The notes below the pieces were generated by a model. The model was given only the letters and a program-made list of their open reading frames with translations, was not told the DNA's origin and searched no databases. A stretch of DNA of 64,000 nt from Terriglobia bacterium (GTDB lineage Bacteria > Acidobacteriota > Terriglobia > 20CM-2-55-15), in contig CBDCLE010000009.1 in the NCBI GenBank assembly GCA_965218585.1, positions 1 through 64,000 on the forward strand. Reading direction: 5' to 3'. A program made the translations under genes and the position numbers. This document shows positions 40,745-51,133 of this stretch, piece after piece; the stretch's first letter is position 1, and the number at the start of each line of letters is the position of its first letter.

Positions 40745-41043
40745 AAGAGCGCGACACTAACGAAGAAATCGCCGACATGGGAGAGGGCACTCCGCTTCCC
40801 AGAAAGAATGGAGAGATCGTTTTTCAGAATGAATGGGAACGGCGCGCGTTTGCGATCGCCGTGAGCCTTGCTGAAAGCGGTCATTACAAGTGGCGCGAAT
40901 TTCAGCAACAGCTGATCGCGGCCATCGGTGACGCCGAGAAACACGATCCCCTGAATCCGAGTCGTGGTTACTTTGAAAGCTGGCTCGTATCCCTCGAAAA
41001 TATCCTCGACGAGAAAGAACTCCTCAAGAACGATCAGAAGTAG
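40741..41043 (+). CDS. Nitrile hydratase accessory/activator protein
   Basis: PRKNGEIVF--WE-RAFA, W-EFQQQLI, YFESWL-SLE; GTGA overlap with nthA. Confidence 0.88.
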   Translation: MKERDTNEEIADMGEGTPLPRKNGEIVFQNEWERRAFAIAVSLAESGHYKWREFQQQLIAAIGDAEKHDPLNPSRGYFESWLVSLENILDEKELLKNDQK

Positions 41044-41171
41044 CGCCGACTGCGTCCGGAAGGTCGTTGAACCCCCCCGTTGCCTGATTTGGCCTGTTAC
41101 AAGCCAGGTCAATAAGGTAAATTATTTAGATCGTAGTGCTTATCCATAGATTCGCGAGGAAACCCACACTG

Positions 41172-43421
41172 ATGTTCAGATTCGTTTTTATCTTTGTCTT
41201 ATTGATTGGTTCGTTTGGACTTGAAGGCGCAGCTCAAGAGGGAATCTCCAATTTCGAAGACCGCCGGACGATGACGGCTGCGAGAATCCCGGACGGCGTG
41301 TCCATCGATCTTGACGGCCGACTCGACGAGGCGGCCTGGGAATTGGCTTCGCCGGCGACAGACTTTATTCAGATCGAGCCTGATAACGGTTCGCCCGCCA
41401 CCGAACGGACCGAGGTTTTCATTATCTACACCGACAGTACGCTCTATATGGGCGTTATCGCTTACGACTCGGAGCCAACCGAATTGAAAGGGAACACGAT
41501 GGCCCGCGATGCGTTTCTCTCCGCGGACGATCGGTTCATGTGGATCTTTGATACCTATCTGGATGAACGGACCGGCTACTTCTTCGAGATCAATCCATCG
41601 GGCGCTATGGGCGACAGCCTCGTTGGAGGTGGCGGTGGGAATGGTGGTGGCGGCGGAGGTTTCGGAGGCAATTCCGCTCGCGCGTGGGACGGCATCTGGA
41701 CTGCACGTGTACGTCAGAGCGAGATCGGATGGGTCGCCGAAATCGAGATGCCGGTCCGAACCCTGAACTTCGATCCGAACAGCCAGGCGTGGGGCATCAA
41801 CTTTCAACGGACCGTGCGCCGGAAGAACGAAGAAATGATCTGGAATGGCTTTGCCCGCAACGCAACGCTCCAACAGATGTCCAACGCAGGACTGGTGACA
41901 GGTCTGGAGGGGCTCAATCAGGGTGTAGGTCTGGACATCAGCCCGTATGCCGTGGGTTCTGCGCTTTATGATTCGCGTGTCACAGATCCTAACAATCGAA
42001 CCTCCTACGCCGGCGATGCGGGTGTGGACTTTGTCTACAGCGTGACGCCAAGCCTTCGCGCGAACTTCACGATCAACACGGATTTTGCCGAAACCGAAGT
42101 CGACACCAGGCAGGTCAACCTGACGCGTTTTCCGCTTCGATTCCCTGAAAAGCGTGAGTTCTTTCTCGAGGGCAACAACTTCTTTACGCTGGCTGATTTC
42201 GGAGACGCGTTCTTCAGCCGTCGTATCGGTCTTAACGAAGGCTTACCCCAAAGGATTGAGTATGGAGCCAAGTTGACGGGTCAGGTGGGCGCGCAGGACA
42301 TCGGGGCCTTGCAGGTTCGGACTGCCGACGAGAATGGCCTCCTCGGCGAGGACTTCACTGTCTTGCGAGGGAAGCGGCGGTTCTGGAGTGAATCTTTCGT
42401 CGGGATGCTCTACACGCGCCGCGCAGCGAGAGAAAGTGACATCATCAGCCCGGCGGCACCGACGACGCCCGACCTCCACACCGTCGGATTTGACTTCAAC
42501 GCGAACACGAGGACCTTCCTGGGAGACAAGAACCTCAGCTTTCAGTCGAGTTATATCCACACGACGAATCCGGCCGACACCGGGAAAAGTGCCCGTTACG
42601 GCATCAAACTCGACTACAACAACGATCTGATCAACTCGGGTTTTCATTTCAGCGAGACGCAGGCCAATTTCGATCCCTCCCTTGGGTTCGTCACGCGGCG
42701 AGGCGTCAAGGAGATCCGGTCGGGTTTTATGGTGTCCCCCCGTCCAGCGAATCATCCGTTGATCCGGCAGTACACGTTCATGATCATGTTGATCCAGGCC
42801 ACGGACAGTAAGAATCAGCTGCTCTCGCGCGATCTCAATCTAAACCTGTTCCAGCTGAACTTTCATTCAGGGGACAATTTTTCGATCCAGATTGTGCCTT
42901 CGTATGAGCGCCTGGAACGGAATTTCAGGCAGGCCGATCGGAAGACCGTTTTGCAGGCGGGAGAAGAGTATCGATTTACCCGATATAACTTCAACTGGGG
43001 GACGAGCGGTCAGCGACCCCTCGCTCTGGGCGGCCGTATTTCCTTGGGGAGTTACTTCAACGGTACTCGACGGGATATCAGTCCCAGCCTGTCGCTGCGC
43101 CCGCAGAACGGACTGATCATCAACTTGAGTGCCCAGTTCAGCCGGATCGATCTCGAAGAAGGCAACTTTTCGACCAGTCTCTTGCAAGCCGACTTCAACA
43201 AGCAGTTCAGCCCGTGGATCCAGGCCTCGAGCAACATCCAGTACGATACGGTCAGCCGGATTCTCGGATGGCAGGCACGGTTCCGCTGGATCCTCAGACC
43301 CGGCAACGACATCTTCTTTGTTTACACGCAGAACTGGCTCTCAGATCCAAACGGAGTGAACGGGCTGGAGACTATCGACCGGAAAGCAGCGTCCAAGCTC
43401 GTTTACACCCACCGTTTTTAG
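41172..43421 (+). CDS. CBM9-like domain plus DUF5916 outer-membrane beta-barrel protein
   Basis: LDGRLDEAAW, TERTEV, FEINP, W-AEI, WGINFQR, NTDFAETEVD--QVNLTRF-L-FPEKREFFLE, FFSRRIG; C-terminal aromatic residue. Confidence 0.85.
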   Translation: MFRFVFIFVLLIGSFGLEGAAQEGISNFEDRRTMTAARIPDGVSIDLDGRLDEAAWELASPATDFIQIEPDNGSPATERTEVFIIYTDSTLYMGVIAYDSEPTELKGNTMARDAFLSADDRFMWIFDTYLDERTGYFFEINPSGAMGDSLVGGGGGNGGGGGGFGGNSARAWDGIWTARVRQSEIGWVAEIEMPVRTLNFDPNSQAWGINFQRTVRRKNEEMIWNGFARNATLQQMSNAGLVTGLEGLNQGVGLDISPYAVGSALYDSRVTDPNNRTSYAGDAGVDFVYSVTPSLRANFTINTDFAETEVDTRQVNLTRFPLRFPEKREFFLEGNNFFTLADFGDAFFSRRIGLNEGLPQRIEYGAKLTGQVGAQDIGALQVRTADENGLLGEDFTVLRGKRRFWSESFVGMLYTRRAARESDIISPAAPTTPDLHTVGFDFNANTRTFLGDKNLSFQSSYIHTTNPADTGKSARYGIKLDYNNDLINSGFHFSETQANFDPSLGFVTRRGVKEIRSGFMVSPRPANHPLIRQYTFMIMLIQATDSKNQLLSRDLNLNLFQLNFHSGDNFSIQIVPSYERLERNFRQADRKTVLQAGEEYRFTRYNFNWGTSGQRPLALGGRISLGSYFNGTRRDISPSLSLRPQNGLIINLSAQFSRIDLEEGNFSTSLLQADFNKQFSPWIQASSNIQYDTVSRILGWQARFRWILRPGNDIFFVYTQNWLSDPNGVNGLETIDRKAASKLVYTHRF

Positions 43422-43571
43422 GGTTTTGTAAAAAAACTGGGCAGGATTCCTTAAACCGAATATTATCCGGTGAAGTCCAAACGCACGAGATATTCGTTTT
43501 ACGGGGAGGCTTAGCCTCGTAGTAGCGCTTCGCATTTTAAAAAAGCTCGATCGGTCGAGGAGGTTCCTCTG

Positions 43572-46433
43572 GTGGACGCTGTTTGGCAAGACATCAAGTA
43601 CGGATTACGGATGCTGTTCAAGGATCCGGCGTTTACGGCAGTTGCAGTCCTGACGCTGGCCCTGGGCATAGGGGCGACCGCGGCCATATTCAGCGTCGTC
43701 AATGCGGTGATGTTGCGGCCGCCTCCGTTCCGTGATCCGGACCGGGTCGTTCAGGTGTTGATCGACAGGGCTCCGGGAGCCCCAACAGGAGGTTTTGACA
43801 CCTTACCACTTCCCCGAGATGATGTCCTTCCCGTCCGAGAGCAGTCGGAAACGACCCTCGGTCTCGGACTGGTTGAAAACCAGGACTATACGCTGACCGG
43901 CTTTCAGACTCCTGTGCGACTGAACGCAGCCCGAGTTTCCCCCGCCCTGCTACGGACGCTTGGGATTGTGCCTATCCTTGGGCGCGTCTTTGAAGACGAT
44001 GAAGAAACGCCGGGCAACGATCGTGTCGCGCTTCTGGGTGAGACGCTCTGGCAGCGACAATTCGAATCTGACCCCGACATTCTTGGTCGGGTAATCACGC
44101 TGGATGACGATCCTTACACTGTTGTCGGTGTGTTCGGAAGCGATCTCAACTTTCCCCAGCCAGAGACGGAACTATGGGTCCCGGTCGCTCTCTCGCCTGC
44201 GTCAGAACGGGTGCAGGGTCGCGTCGCCGTGACCGGCCCGGCCATCGCACGCCTGGGGGACGGCGTCAGCATCGAACAGGCTACGGCTGAAATAAACACG
44301 ATCTTCAGACGGCTATACCCGACAGTTTCCGCTACCGACGTCGGTCCTCAAGGTCCCCAAGGTCCTGGAAGGGGTACGGGAGTCGCCCCCAACGCCACTG
44401 GCGGGCGAGGTCAACGAGGGGGTGGTCCGGGTGGCCCCGGTGGTACAGCAGTTGCGCGAGGTGGGCCGGGCGGCCCGGGCGGTGGTCCGGGTGGTGTTGA
44501 GGTTGAGCAAGGCGGTCCCGGTGGTACAGCGGTTGCGCGAGGTGGTCCGGGTGGCCCCGGTGGTACAGCAGTTGCGCGAGGTGGGCTGGGCGGCCCGGGC
44601 GGTGGTCCGGGTGGTGTTGAGGTTGAGCAAGGCGGTCCCGGTGGTACAGCGGTTGCGCGAGGTGGGCCAGGTGGCCCGGGTGGTACAGCCGTCGCTCGAG
44701 GCGGCCCAGGCGGCCCGGGAGGCCCAGGTGGTCCGGGCGGCCGGGGGCGTGGACAGGGTCCCGGGGGAAGAGGCGGTGGACCAGGGGGCAACCCGATGGC
44801 GGATGCCACTGTCCGCCTGGTCCCTTTCCAGGAGCAGCTGATCAATGACGTTCGACCCGCGCTCCTCGTTCTCATGGGAGCGGTCTCGCTGGTCTTGCTG
44901 ATAGCGTGTGCCAATGTTGCCAACCTTCTGTTGACACGTGCCAGCGGTCGATCCATGGAGATGGGCGTTCGTGTAGCGCTCGGAGCGGGGCGGGTCCGTA
45001 TTCTAAGACAAGTATTCACCGAAAGCATTGTCCTGGCGATCACGGGTGGTGTTTGTGGCGTGGTGTTTGCCTATGGAGGTGTCCGCGCCCTGAACGTTAT
45101 TCAACCCGGGACGATACCGAGGATCGAGAGCGTCAACATCGACTCCACAGTTCTCTTATTCACACTGGGAATCTCGCTTCTGACCGGTCTCGTTTTCGGA
45201 CTTGTCCCCGCGTTTCGGCTCTCAAACTACGAACGTTCCGAGGCGCTGAAGGAAGGGCGGACTCTGGCCTCTGCCGGAAAGACGCGCGGAGTCCTGGTGA
45301 TGACTGAGGTTGCCCTGGCCGTCGTTCTTTTGATCGGCGGGGGTCTGCTGATCGGAAGCTTCACGAATCTTGCCAGCGTAGATCCGGGCTACGACCCCGA
45401 AAACGTCCTGACGTTCAGCATGGATCTGCCCGAAACACGGTATGCCGAGCACCCGCAACGCAAAGCCTTCTACGATCGACTGCTCGGGCGGATTCGGGAA
45501 ATGAACGGCGTGGAGACTGCCGGGGCAACGTCTGCCGTTCCGTTGGTGGACGAGATCATTCGTCTGGGATTCCGTCTTCCCGGGGAAACCGAGCCGCTTT
45601 TTACCGATCTTCGAATCGTGACGCCGGGCTACTTAGAGACGATGGGGATCGAGTTGATCGAAGGCCGCTCACAGACCGACCAGGATCGGAACGGACTGAT
45701 TGTCGTCAACCAGGAGTTTGCCAGCCGTTACTTTCCTGAGGGTGCGCTCGGACAGCAGTTTCAACTGGGACCGCTTGGTAACCTTGAAATTATCGGCGTG
45801 GCTGGGGACATACTCAATCAGGGCCTGGAGGGCACACCACAACCGGGAGTCTACATAAACTACGCCGAGGTGGGTGCAACAGGCATAGCCGGTATCGGGT
45901 TGATGATTGCTGTCAAGACTACGGGCGAGCCTTCGAATCTTATTAGTAGCGTTCGGACCGCGGTCCTCGACATCGATCCTTCCATCCCTCTGGACGACGT
46001 TCGAACGATGGAAGAACGTCTCTACTCCTCGGTGGCCCAGCCCCGGTTTTACGCGATATTGCTGGGGATCTTCGCAGGCTTGGCACTCGTCCTGGCGTCG
46101 GTTGGGATCTATGGCGTCCTGGCCTATTCGGTCGCACAAAGAACCCGGGAAATCGGGATCCGGATGGCTCTGGGTGCCCAGAAATCCAAGATTCTCGGTA
46201 TGATCGTTTCCCAGGGAATGTTTTTGACGCTGATCGGGATCGTCGCCGGACTCTTCGGTGCTTTCGCGCTGACGCGTTACCTGGAAAGCCTGCTCTTCGG
46301 TCTGACCTCGTTGGATCCGGTGACGTTCTCGGGCATGACGCTTATCCTGATCCTGACGGCGATGGTCGCGTGTTACCTGCCGGCGCGGCGAGCCACGCGT
46401 GTGGATCCAATCGACGCCCTACGCCACGAATAG
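43572..46433 (+). CDS. ADOP-type duplicated ABC permease (MacB/FtsX) with a Gly/Pro-rich insert
   Basis: [75 protein letters not shown]. Confidence 0.93.
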   Translation: MDAVWQDIKYGLRMLFKDPAFTAVAVLTLALGIGATAAIFSVVNAVMLRPPPFRDPDRVVQVLIDRAPGAPTGGFDTLPLPRDDVLPVREQSETTLGLGLVENQDYTLTGFQTPVRLNAARVSPALLRTLGIVPILGRVFEDDEETPGNDRVALLGETLWQRQFESDPDILGRVITLDDDPYTVVGVFGSDLNFPQPETELWVPVALSPASERVQGRVAVTGPAIARLGDGVSIEQATAEINTIFRRLYPTVSATDVGPQGPQGPGRGTGVAPNATGGRGQRGGGPGGPGGTAVARGGPGGPGGGPGGVEVEQGGPGGTAVARGGPGGPGGTAVARGGLGGPGGGPGGVEVEQGGPGGTAVARGGPGGPGGTAVARGGPGGPGGPGGPGGRGRGQGPGGRGGGPGGNPMADATVRLVPFQEQLINDVRPALLVLMGAVSLVLLIACANVANLLLTRASGRSMEMGVRVALGAGRVRILRQVFTESIVLAITGGVCGVVFAYGGVRALNVIQPGTIPRIESVNIDSTVLLFTLGISLLTGLVFGLVPAFRLSNYERSEALKEGRTLASAGKTRGVLVMTEVALAVVLLIGGGLLIGSFTNLASVDPGYDPENVLTFSMDLPETRYAEHPQRKAFYDRLLGRIREMNGVETAGATSAVPLVDEIIRLGFRLPGETEPLFTDLRIVTPGYLETMGIELIEGRSQTDQDRNGLIVVNQEFASRYFPEGALGQQFQLGPLGNLEIIGVAGDILNQGLEGTPQPGVYINYAEVGATGIAGIGLMIAVKTTGEPSNLISSVRTAVLDIDPSIPLDDVRTMEERLYSSVAQPRFYAILLGIFAGLALVLASVGIYGVLAYSVAQRTREIGIRMALGAQKSKILGMIVSQGMFLTLIGIVAGLFGAFALTRYLESLLFGLTSLDPVTFSGMTLILILTAMVACYLPARRATRVDPIDALRHE
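44421..44740 (+). repeat. In-frame 120-bp tandem repeat (2 near-perfect copies plus a degenerate third)
   Basis: 44421-44540 vs 44541-44660 differ at one base; encodes [13 protein letters not shown] / GGVEVEQ units. Confidence 0.92.
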
Positions 46434-46452
46434 TCCAGAAACGTCGTAGAAT

Positions 46453-46513
46453 CTGTAGGTGCGGGCATCCCTTAGCATGGGGCCCACCGTCCTTCGGCCG
46501 GTTCCCCCGTGCC
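46453..46513 (+). repeat. REP start followed by a 41-bp hairpin element
   Basis: CTGTAGGTGCGG, then TAGCATGGGGCCCACCGTCCTTCGGCCGGTTCCCCCGTGCC; second copy at 51769-51809. Confidence 0.7.
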
Positions 46514-46543
46514 GAGGGGCGCGACAAAAGGCCTGCAGAGCAC

Positions 46544-47497
46544 ATGACGGATACCGATCTCACCCAGCTCTACGTAGACGTACGCGATGCCCATCTCCAG
46601 CCGCTATGGGTCGATACGAGTTCGTATATTCCGGCCCAACCTGGTCCCGAGGTCGTCCCGGCGCACTGGCCGGCCGAAGAGGTGTTCCCACTGCTTCGTG
46701 AGGCGGGGCGGAAGGTTCCTCCCGAGCTCGCCGATCGGCGGGTCCTGGTTTGTAACAACCCGGCGTCGCCCTCGTTTTCGGGAACCACGCAGACTCTCTA
46801 CGCCTGTGTCCAGCTACTCCTGCCGGGTGAGGGGACGTCCGAGCACCGGCACTCACAAAGTGCTTTCCGGTTCGTTTTGAGCGGTGAAGGGGCCGCGACG
46901 ATCCTGAACGGCCGTGAAGTTCCGATGGCCAGGGGCGACCTCATCGTCACGCCTCCCTGGACATGGCACGGCCACGTCAACGATTCTTCGAATGAAATGA
47001 TCTGGCTCGACGGGGTCGACAACGCCATCGTTAAACTGTTCGATGCGACGTTTCTGGAAAGCCGTCCCGAGAAACGGTCCGGTTTAGATGACATGCCTTA
47101 TTGGCATTATGAGTGGACGACGATGAAACGTCGATTGGATGAGCACGCGCAGTCCGGAACCGCCGATCCGTCGCATGGCTACCGCATCCGGTATCTCGAT
47201 CCAAAGACCAAGAGTGACCCGTTGCCGACGATGGCGGCCTATCTCGGCCATCTTCCCGGAGGCTTTAAAGGGAAGCCGTACCGATCCTCCGACAGTGTTG
47301 TGTGCGTTGTGGTCAGCGGTCGCGGGCGGACGATGTTGGAGGGGACCACGATCGAGTGGTCCGAAAACGACATTTTCACCATCCCCACGTGGGCAACCTA
47401 CCAGCACGAGGTCAGCGAGGATGCCGTTCTGTTTTCTTTCTCGGATAGAACGGCTCAGGAGAGACTGGAATGCTGGAGAGAACAGCCTGGTGGCTGA
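46544..47497 (+). CDS. Gentisate 1,2-dioxygenase-like bicupin
   Basis: LQPLW, RRVLV-NP, QLLLPGE--EHRHSQSAFRFV, GDLIVTPPWTWHGH, WLDG-D, LFSFSD. Confidence 0.85.
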   Translation: MTDTDLTQLYVDVRDAHLQPLWVDTSSYIPAQPGPEVVPAHWPAEEVFPLLREAGRKVPPELADRRVLVCNNPASPSFSGTTQTLYACVQLLLPGEGTSEHRHSQSAFRFVLSGEGAATILNGREVPMARGDLIVTPPWTWHGHVNDSSNEMIWLDGVDNAIVKLFDATFLESRPEKRSGLDDMPYWHYEWTTMKRRLDEHAQSGTADPSHGYRIRYLDPKTKSDPLPTMAAYLGHLPGGFKGKPYRSSDSVVCVVVSGRGRTMLEGTTIEWSENDIFTIPTWATYQHEVSEDAVLFSFSDRTAQERLECWREQPGG

Positions 47498-48320
47498 GAT
47501 CGTCTCCAGACTCCTTCCGACGAAGCCTCGAATTTCCATCGCAAGCGCGGGCCGTGGAGACTTCATCGTGTTTCTCCATGGTCTGGGAAGCACGAAGGAG
47601 AACTGGCACCCCCAGCTTGACCATTTCAGCCGGACACACCACGCCGTCGCCTGGGATGCACGCGGATACGGAGAAAGCGATGATTACGAAGGCGAGCTCG
47701 TGTTCGGGCGGGATTTTGTCAGCGATCTTCTGTCGGTGATGGACTTGCTCGAGGCCGGGACCGCACATCTTGTCGGCCTTTCAATGGGCGGCATCATCGC
47801 TCAGTGCTTCTATTTTGCCCATCCCGATCGCGTCCGAAGCCTTGTCCTTGCAGACAGTTTTCCAAGCTTTCAGGTAATCGGCGCTGCCGCCGTTAAGGGC
47901 TTCCTTGCTGCGCGGGTTGATCCGCTGTTGGAAGGTGCCACGCCGGCCGATCTGGCTTCGGAAGCAGCGAGGGCTATGCTGGCTCCCGGCGCGCCCGAGA
48001 GTGCGCGCGAGCTTCTGTTGGCAAGTTTGTCCAATCTACGAACAGACTCTTATGTGAAAGCCGCCCGTGCTCTGGCCGCACAGGAAGCTGTCGGGAAGTT
48101 GGAGGACATAGCGGTTCCCACGCTGGTGCTGACTGGAGAATTAGACCTTCTGGCGCCTGTCTCCCTTGCCCGCGAAATGTCGGAGCGGATTCCCGGTTCG
48201 GAGTTGGCCATTATCCCGGAAGCCGGTCACATTTCAAATCTCGAACGCCCCGAAGAGTTCAACAGGGTGGTGTCTCGATTTGTCCAGGGTCATTCAGTTG
48301 TGGCCACGGAGCTCGCTTGA
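47490..48320 (+). CDS. Alpha/beta hydrolase (3-oxoadipate enol-lactonase-like)
   Basis: FLHGLG, WDARGYG, GLSMGG, GELD, AGHISNLERP. Confidence 0.85.
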   Translation: MAEIVSRLLPTKPRISIASAGRGDFIVFLHGLGSTKENWHPQLDHFSRTHHAVAWDARGYGESDDYEGELVFGRDFVSDLLSVMDLLEAGTAHLVGLSMGGIIAQCFYFAHPDRVRSLVLADSFPSFQVIGAAAVKGFLAARVDPLLEGATPADLASEAARAMLAPGAPESARELLLASLSNLRTDSYVKAARALAAQEAVGKLEDIAVPTLVLTGELDLLAPVSLAREMSERIPGSELAIIPEAGHISNLERPEEFNRVVSRFVQGHSVVATELA

Positions 48321-48760
48321 AAACTTTCCCGTTTCGATCGTGGTTTGTCTGGGTCTTGCTGTCGAGCTTCGTCGCCTCGGGCTGCGGCCCCGCAAATCCA
48401 GGTCTGGAGAGATTCGAAGAAACCGAATGGATCGAGCTGGGATCCGTCGATGTGGAATCGATGGTCGGAGATAGACGGGGTTCCGATGTGGATGCCACCG
48501 GCGTCTTCACCCTGGGTGGGGACCGGATGATGCTTTCGATGGAATTCGTTCTGGGTCCACCAGCACGCTTCGTCGAAGGCCGGCATAACTCAAGGATCGG
48601 ACAGACGTCTTTTGAAGGATCGTTGTCGGCTGAATCCGTGACGTTCCTTGGTGGACAAAACGCTCGGCCATCCATCGGAGGAGTCTTCCTCTTCGAGAAT
48701 CTTACCGATGGCGTGCGCTATCGGCTTCGCTTCCCACCAACCCCGATTCTCCCGTCCTGA
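48317..48760 (+). CDS. Hypothetical lipoprotein
   Basis: TTGA overlap with the upstream stop; hydrophobic leader ending ASG|C. Confidence 0.6.
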   Translation: MKTFPFRSWFVWVLLSSFVASGCGPANPGLERFEETEWIELGSVDVESMVGDRRGSDVDATGVFTLGGDRMMLSMEFVLGPPARFVEGRHNSRIGQTSFEGSLSAESVTFLGGQNARPSIGGVFLFENLTDGVRYRLRFPPTPILPS

Positions 48761-48763
48761 TTC

Positions 48764-50950
48764 TTATTCAAACCCCGGACGGTAACGCCGGATCGTCGCG
48801 CGCTCTACGTCTTCGAGTGTGTAGGCGACGCTTTTCATCTCCCCTTGGGCAAAGAGCGCGGCCTGGTCCCAGTGATGGGGCGAATCTTCCTTCGCGCTCT
48901 GGCCGTACCCTAGGATTGAGTAGGCGCGAGGAGGATCTGTGAACTCCACCGCGATGACCCATCCATCCCCGCCATCGACCCGTCGTCTGCCATCGTTGTC
49001 GTCGTCGAAGTTAAGAACTCGGAAGCAACCCATCGCGCTACGGCATCCACTCACCGGTGCATCCACTGAACCCCGGCGAACACGGTGGGCCTCTCCCCAG
49101 GCGACGTCGACAGATCCGAAGCGGCTCGTGGTTTCCTCTATGGCGTCCTCGAAGAGCTGAGCCGCGAGATCCGGGTCCGCAAGTCCACGTGGCGTATCCA
49201 TAGGTGCATCAGGCGCCCATTCGTCGGCGAACGGGATGGCGTCCTGCTCGTCGCCACCTCCGAGTGTCCGGGTGTAGATCCGCCACCACTCGTTAAAAAG
49301 CACAGCTCCCCGGCTTTCCGCGCTTGCCGTGTTGTCCCAGCGCTCGAGCAGGGCGAGGGCGGCGTCTTGTCGCGGATCAGCCGGCGCCTCTCGATGGGTC
49401 CGGACAGCCTGGATGAGTTCGTTCTTGACTCGATCGGCCAAGAGCATGCGGTAGCTGTGCTTGAGTTCGACGACATCTTCGAGTGAGAAGCGCTCGTCGT
49501 TGTCTATCAAGAGAACAGAGTGTTGGCTTCTGAGTCCGAATTCGTTTTCCTCGAAGTAATCAGGGTAGTCTGCCGGATCCAGCGGTTGTCGCATGTTCGT
49601 GAACCACGGCCCGTCGTTTTCATCGCGGATGTAACCGCCCGTCGGATTCAGCAATTGAGGCAGGGAATCCAGATCGTGAAGCTCGGTCCAGATTTCTTCG
49701 GTACGTGAGGCGGGGACGGGAAGATCCTCGCCGGCCGGATGAGGTCTTACTGGAATGGCCGCATTCCATATGTAGAAGATGTTGCCCTCGGCATCGGCGT
49801 ACGTGAAGTTCGAGCTCGGGTGAGCCCTCAACTGCATGGCGTCTCTCCATTCTTCGAGGTTGGTTGCCTGAATCAGTTTCAGGAATTGCTCTCCTGCGCG
49901 GAACTCGCCGTCTTCGGCTGTCCGCATCACGTAAATCTGGCCATCCTGCTGATGAATGACTGGGCCGATGTGTGTTGAAACTCTCTGGCGGGTCTCCGTT
50001 CTCAATACCTCGCCGTCCAGGTAGGGAATCATCAGCTCGTCCTTGATCAGTGGCATCGATGTGCCGTTGAACAGGTAGTAGTCCTCACGGTTCGGGTCTG
50101 CTTCCAGTCGGTAAACCTCTGTCCGGTTGGCCGAGTTGTTCGTCGTTGCGAATCCAAGCTGGCGATTGAACCCACCAATGATTCCCAGGGGGCCTCCGAT
50201 GCGAAAGTCGCCGTAGAAGTCCAGTCGACCCGGCATGACCGCGTGAACCTCCCAGTAGCCGGCGTCCCACCCGAGATGGGGATTGCGCATCAGGATGGCA
50301 GCGTTCGATGTCGTGCGGCTCGGGGCCAGAGCCCATGCGCTGGAGCCTTCTTCTATAGCACTGTCGGCGTCGGGGTTCTCGTCTGGATCGATCGACACGG
50401 CGGTGTCGGTGCCTTGAATGCGCTGGATCCATCGGCGTATCTGTCGCGGATTCGTTCGATAGACATACAGCGCGGCTACGTCGTAACCGGTGAAGTTGGG
50501 TTCCATCCACGGCAGAAATTCGTCCGCGTGACGCTCGACATAGCGGTTGACGCCGGCGGCGAAGCCCTCGTATACGTCGCGCGTGTCCTGCTCGAGCTGG
50601 GAATAGACCTCAATCGCGAGAAGGTAATACGGTCGGCTCTCGAAATCGGAGTTGAGCGCCCGACGACCCTCGTAGCGGGCCAGCTCGCCACGGGCACGAA
50701 TCATTCCGATTGGCACGCGGTCGCCATAATCCTCGAGTTGGAGATATCCCAACGCGTAGCCCAGAGCCTGGAAGTTGTCCGCATATATGTGAGGGACGCC
50801 GTAATCGGTACGAATCACTTCCACCTGTTCTGCCAGCGCCGCAGGTTCAGGCCGTGACAGAAGTCCGGGCGTTGGGGCCGGTCGCCGAACTGCAGGCGCG
50901 CAGCCCGCCAGAACGAGCACCAAGATTGCAATAGGATGGGTCCGTCTCAT
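48764..50950 (-). CDS. Penicillin acylase family (S45 Ntn hydrolase) lipoprotein
   Basis: LAG|C lipobox, YGVPHI, EG|SSAWA beta-chain start, NPHL, NFTYADAEGNI, YGQS---SPH--DQA. Confidence 0.9.
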   Translation of the reverse strand: MRRTHPIAILVLVLAGCAPAVRRPAPTPGLLSRPEPAALAEQVEVIRTDYGVPHIYADNFQALGYALGYLQLEDYGDRVPIGMIRARGELARYEGRRALNSDFESRPYYLLAIEVYSQLEQDTRDVYEGFAAGVNRYVERHADEFLPWMEPNFTGYDVAALYVYRTNPRQIRRWIQRIQGTDTAVSIDPDENPDADSAIEEGSSAWALAPSRTTSNAAILMRNPHLGWDAGYWEVHAVMPGRLDFYGDFRIGGPLGIIGGFNRQLGFATTNNSANRTEVYRLEADPNREDYYLFNGTSMPLIKDELMIPYLDGEVLRTETRQRVSTHIGPVIHQQDGQIYVMRTAEDGEFRAGEQFLKLIQATNLEEWRDAMQLRAHPSSNFTYADAEGNIFYIWNAAIPVRPHPAGEDLPVPASRTEEIWTELHDLDSLPQLLNPTGGYIRDENDGPWFTNMRQPLDPADYPDYFEENEFGLRSQHSVLLIDNDERFSLEDVVELKHSYRMLLADRVKNELIQAVRTHREAPADPRQDAALALLERWDNTASAESRGAVLFNEWWRIYTRTLGGGDEQDAIPFADEWAPDAPMDTPRGLADPDLAAQLFEDAIEETTSRFGSVDVAWGEAHRVRRGSVDAPVSGCRSAMGCFRVLNFDDDNDGRRRVDGGDGWVIAVEFTDPPRAYSILGYGQSAKEDSPHHWDQAALFAQGEMKSVAYTLEDVERATIRRYRPGFE

Positions 50951-51133
50951 AAGGACACTAACGAAAGAACACCAGGTATCCGATTGCGGCCAGAATAGCC
51001 ATGTAGAGAAGCAAAGAGACAGGAAAGATCCAGACCGATCGCAATTCGCCTTCGGGCTTGTCGCTCATCGTTCAATCATCACTGAAGCGAAAGGTCAGGA
51101 AGCAGGCTCCTCGGTCGGCCTGCCTCCTAAACC

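Noticed and set aside
44411-45043. Collagen-like Pro-rich ORF on the minus strand
   Set aside because: It is simply the reverse complement of the Gly-rich ADOP insert.
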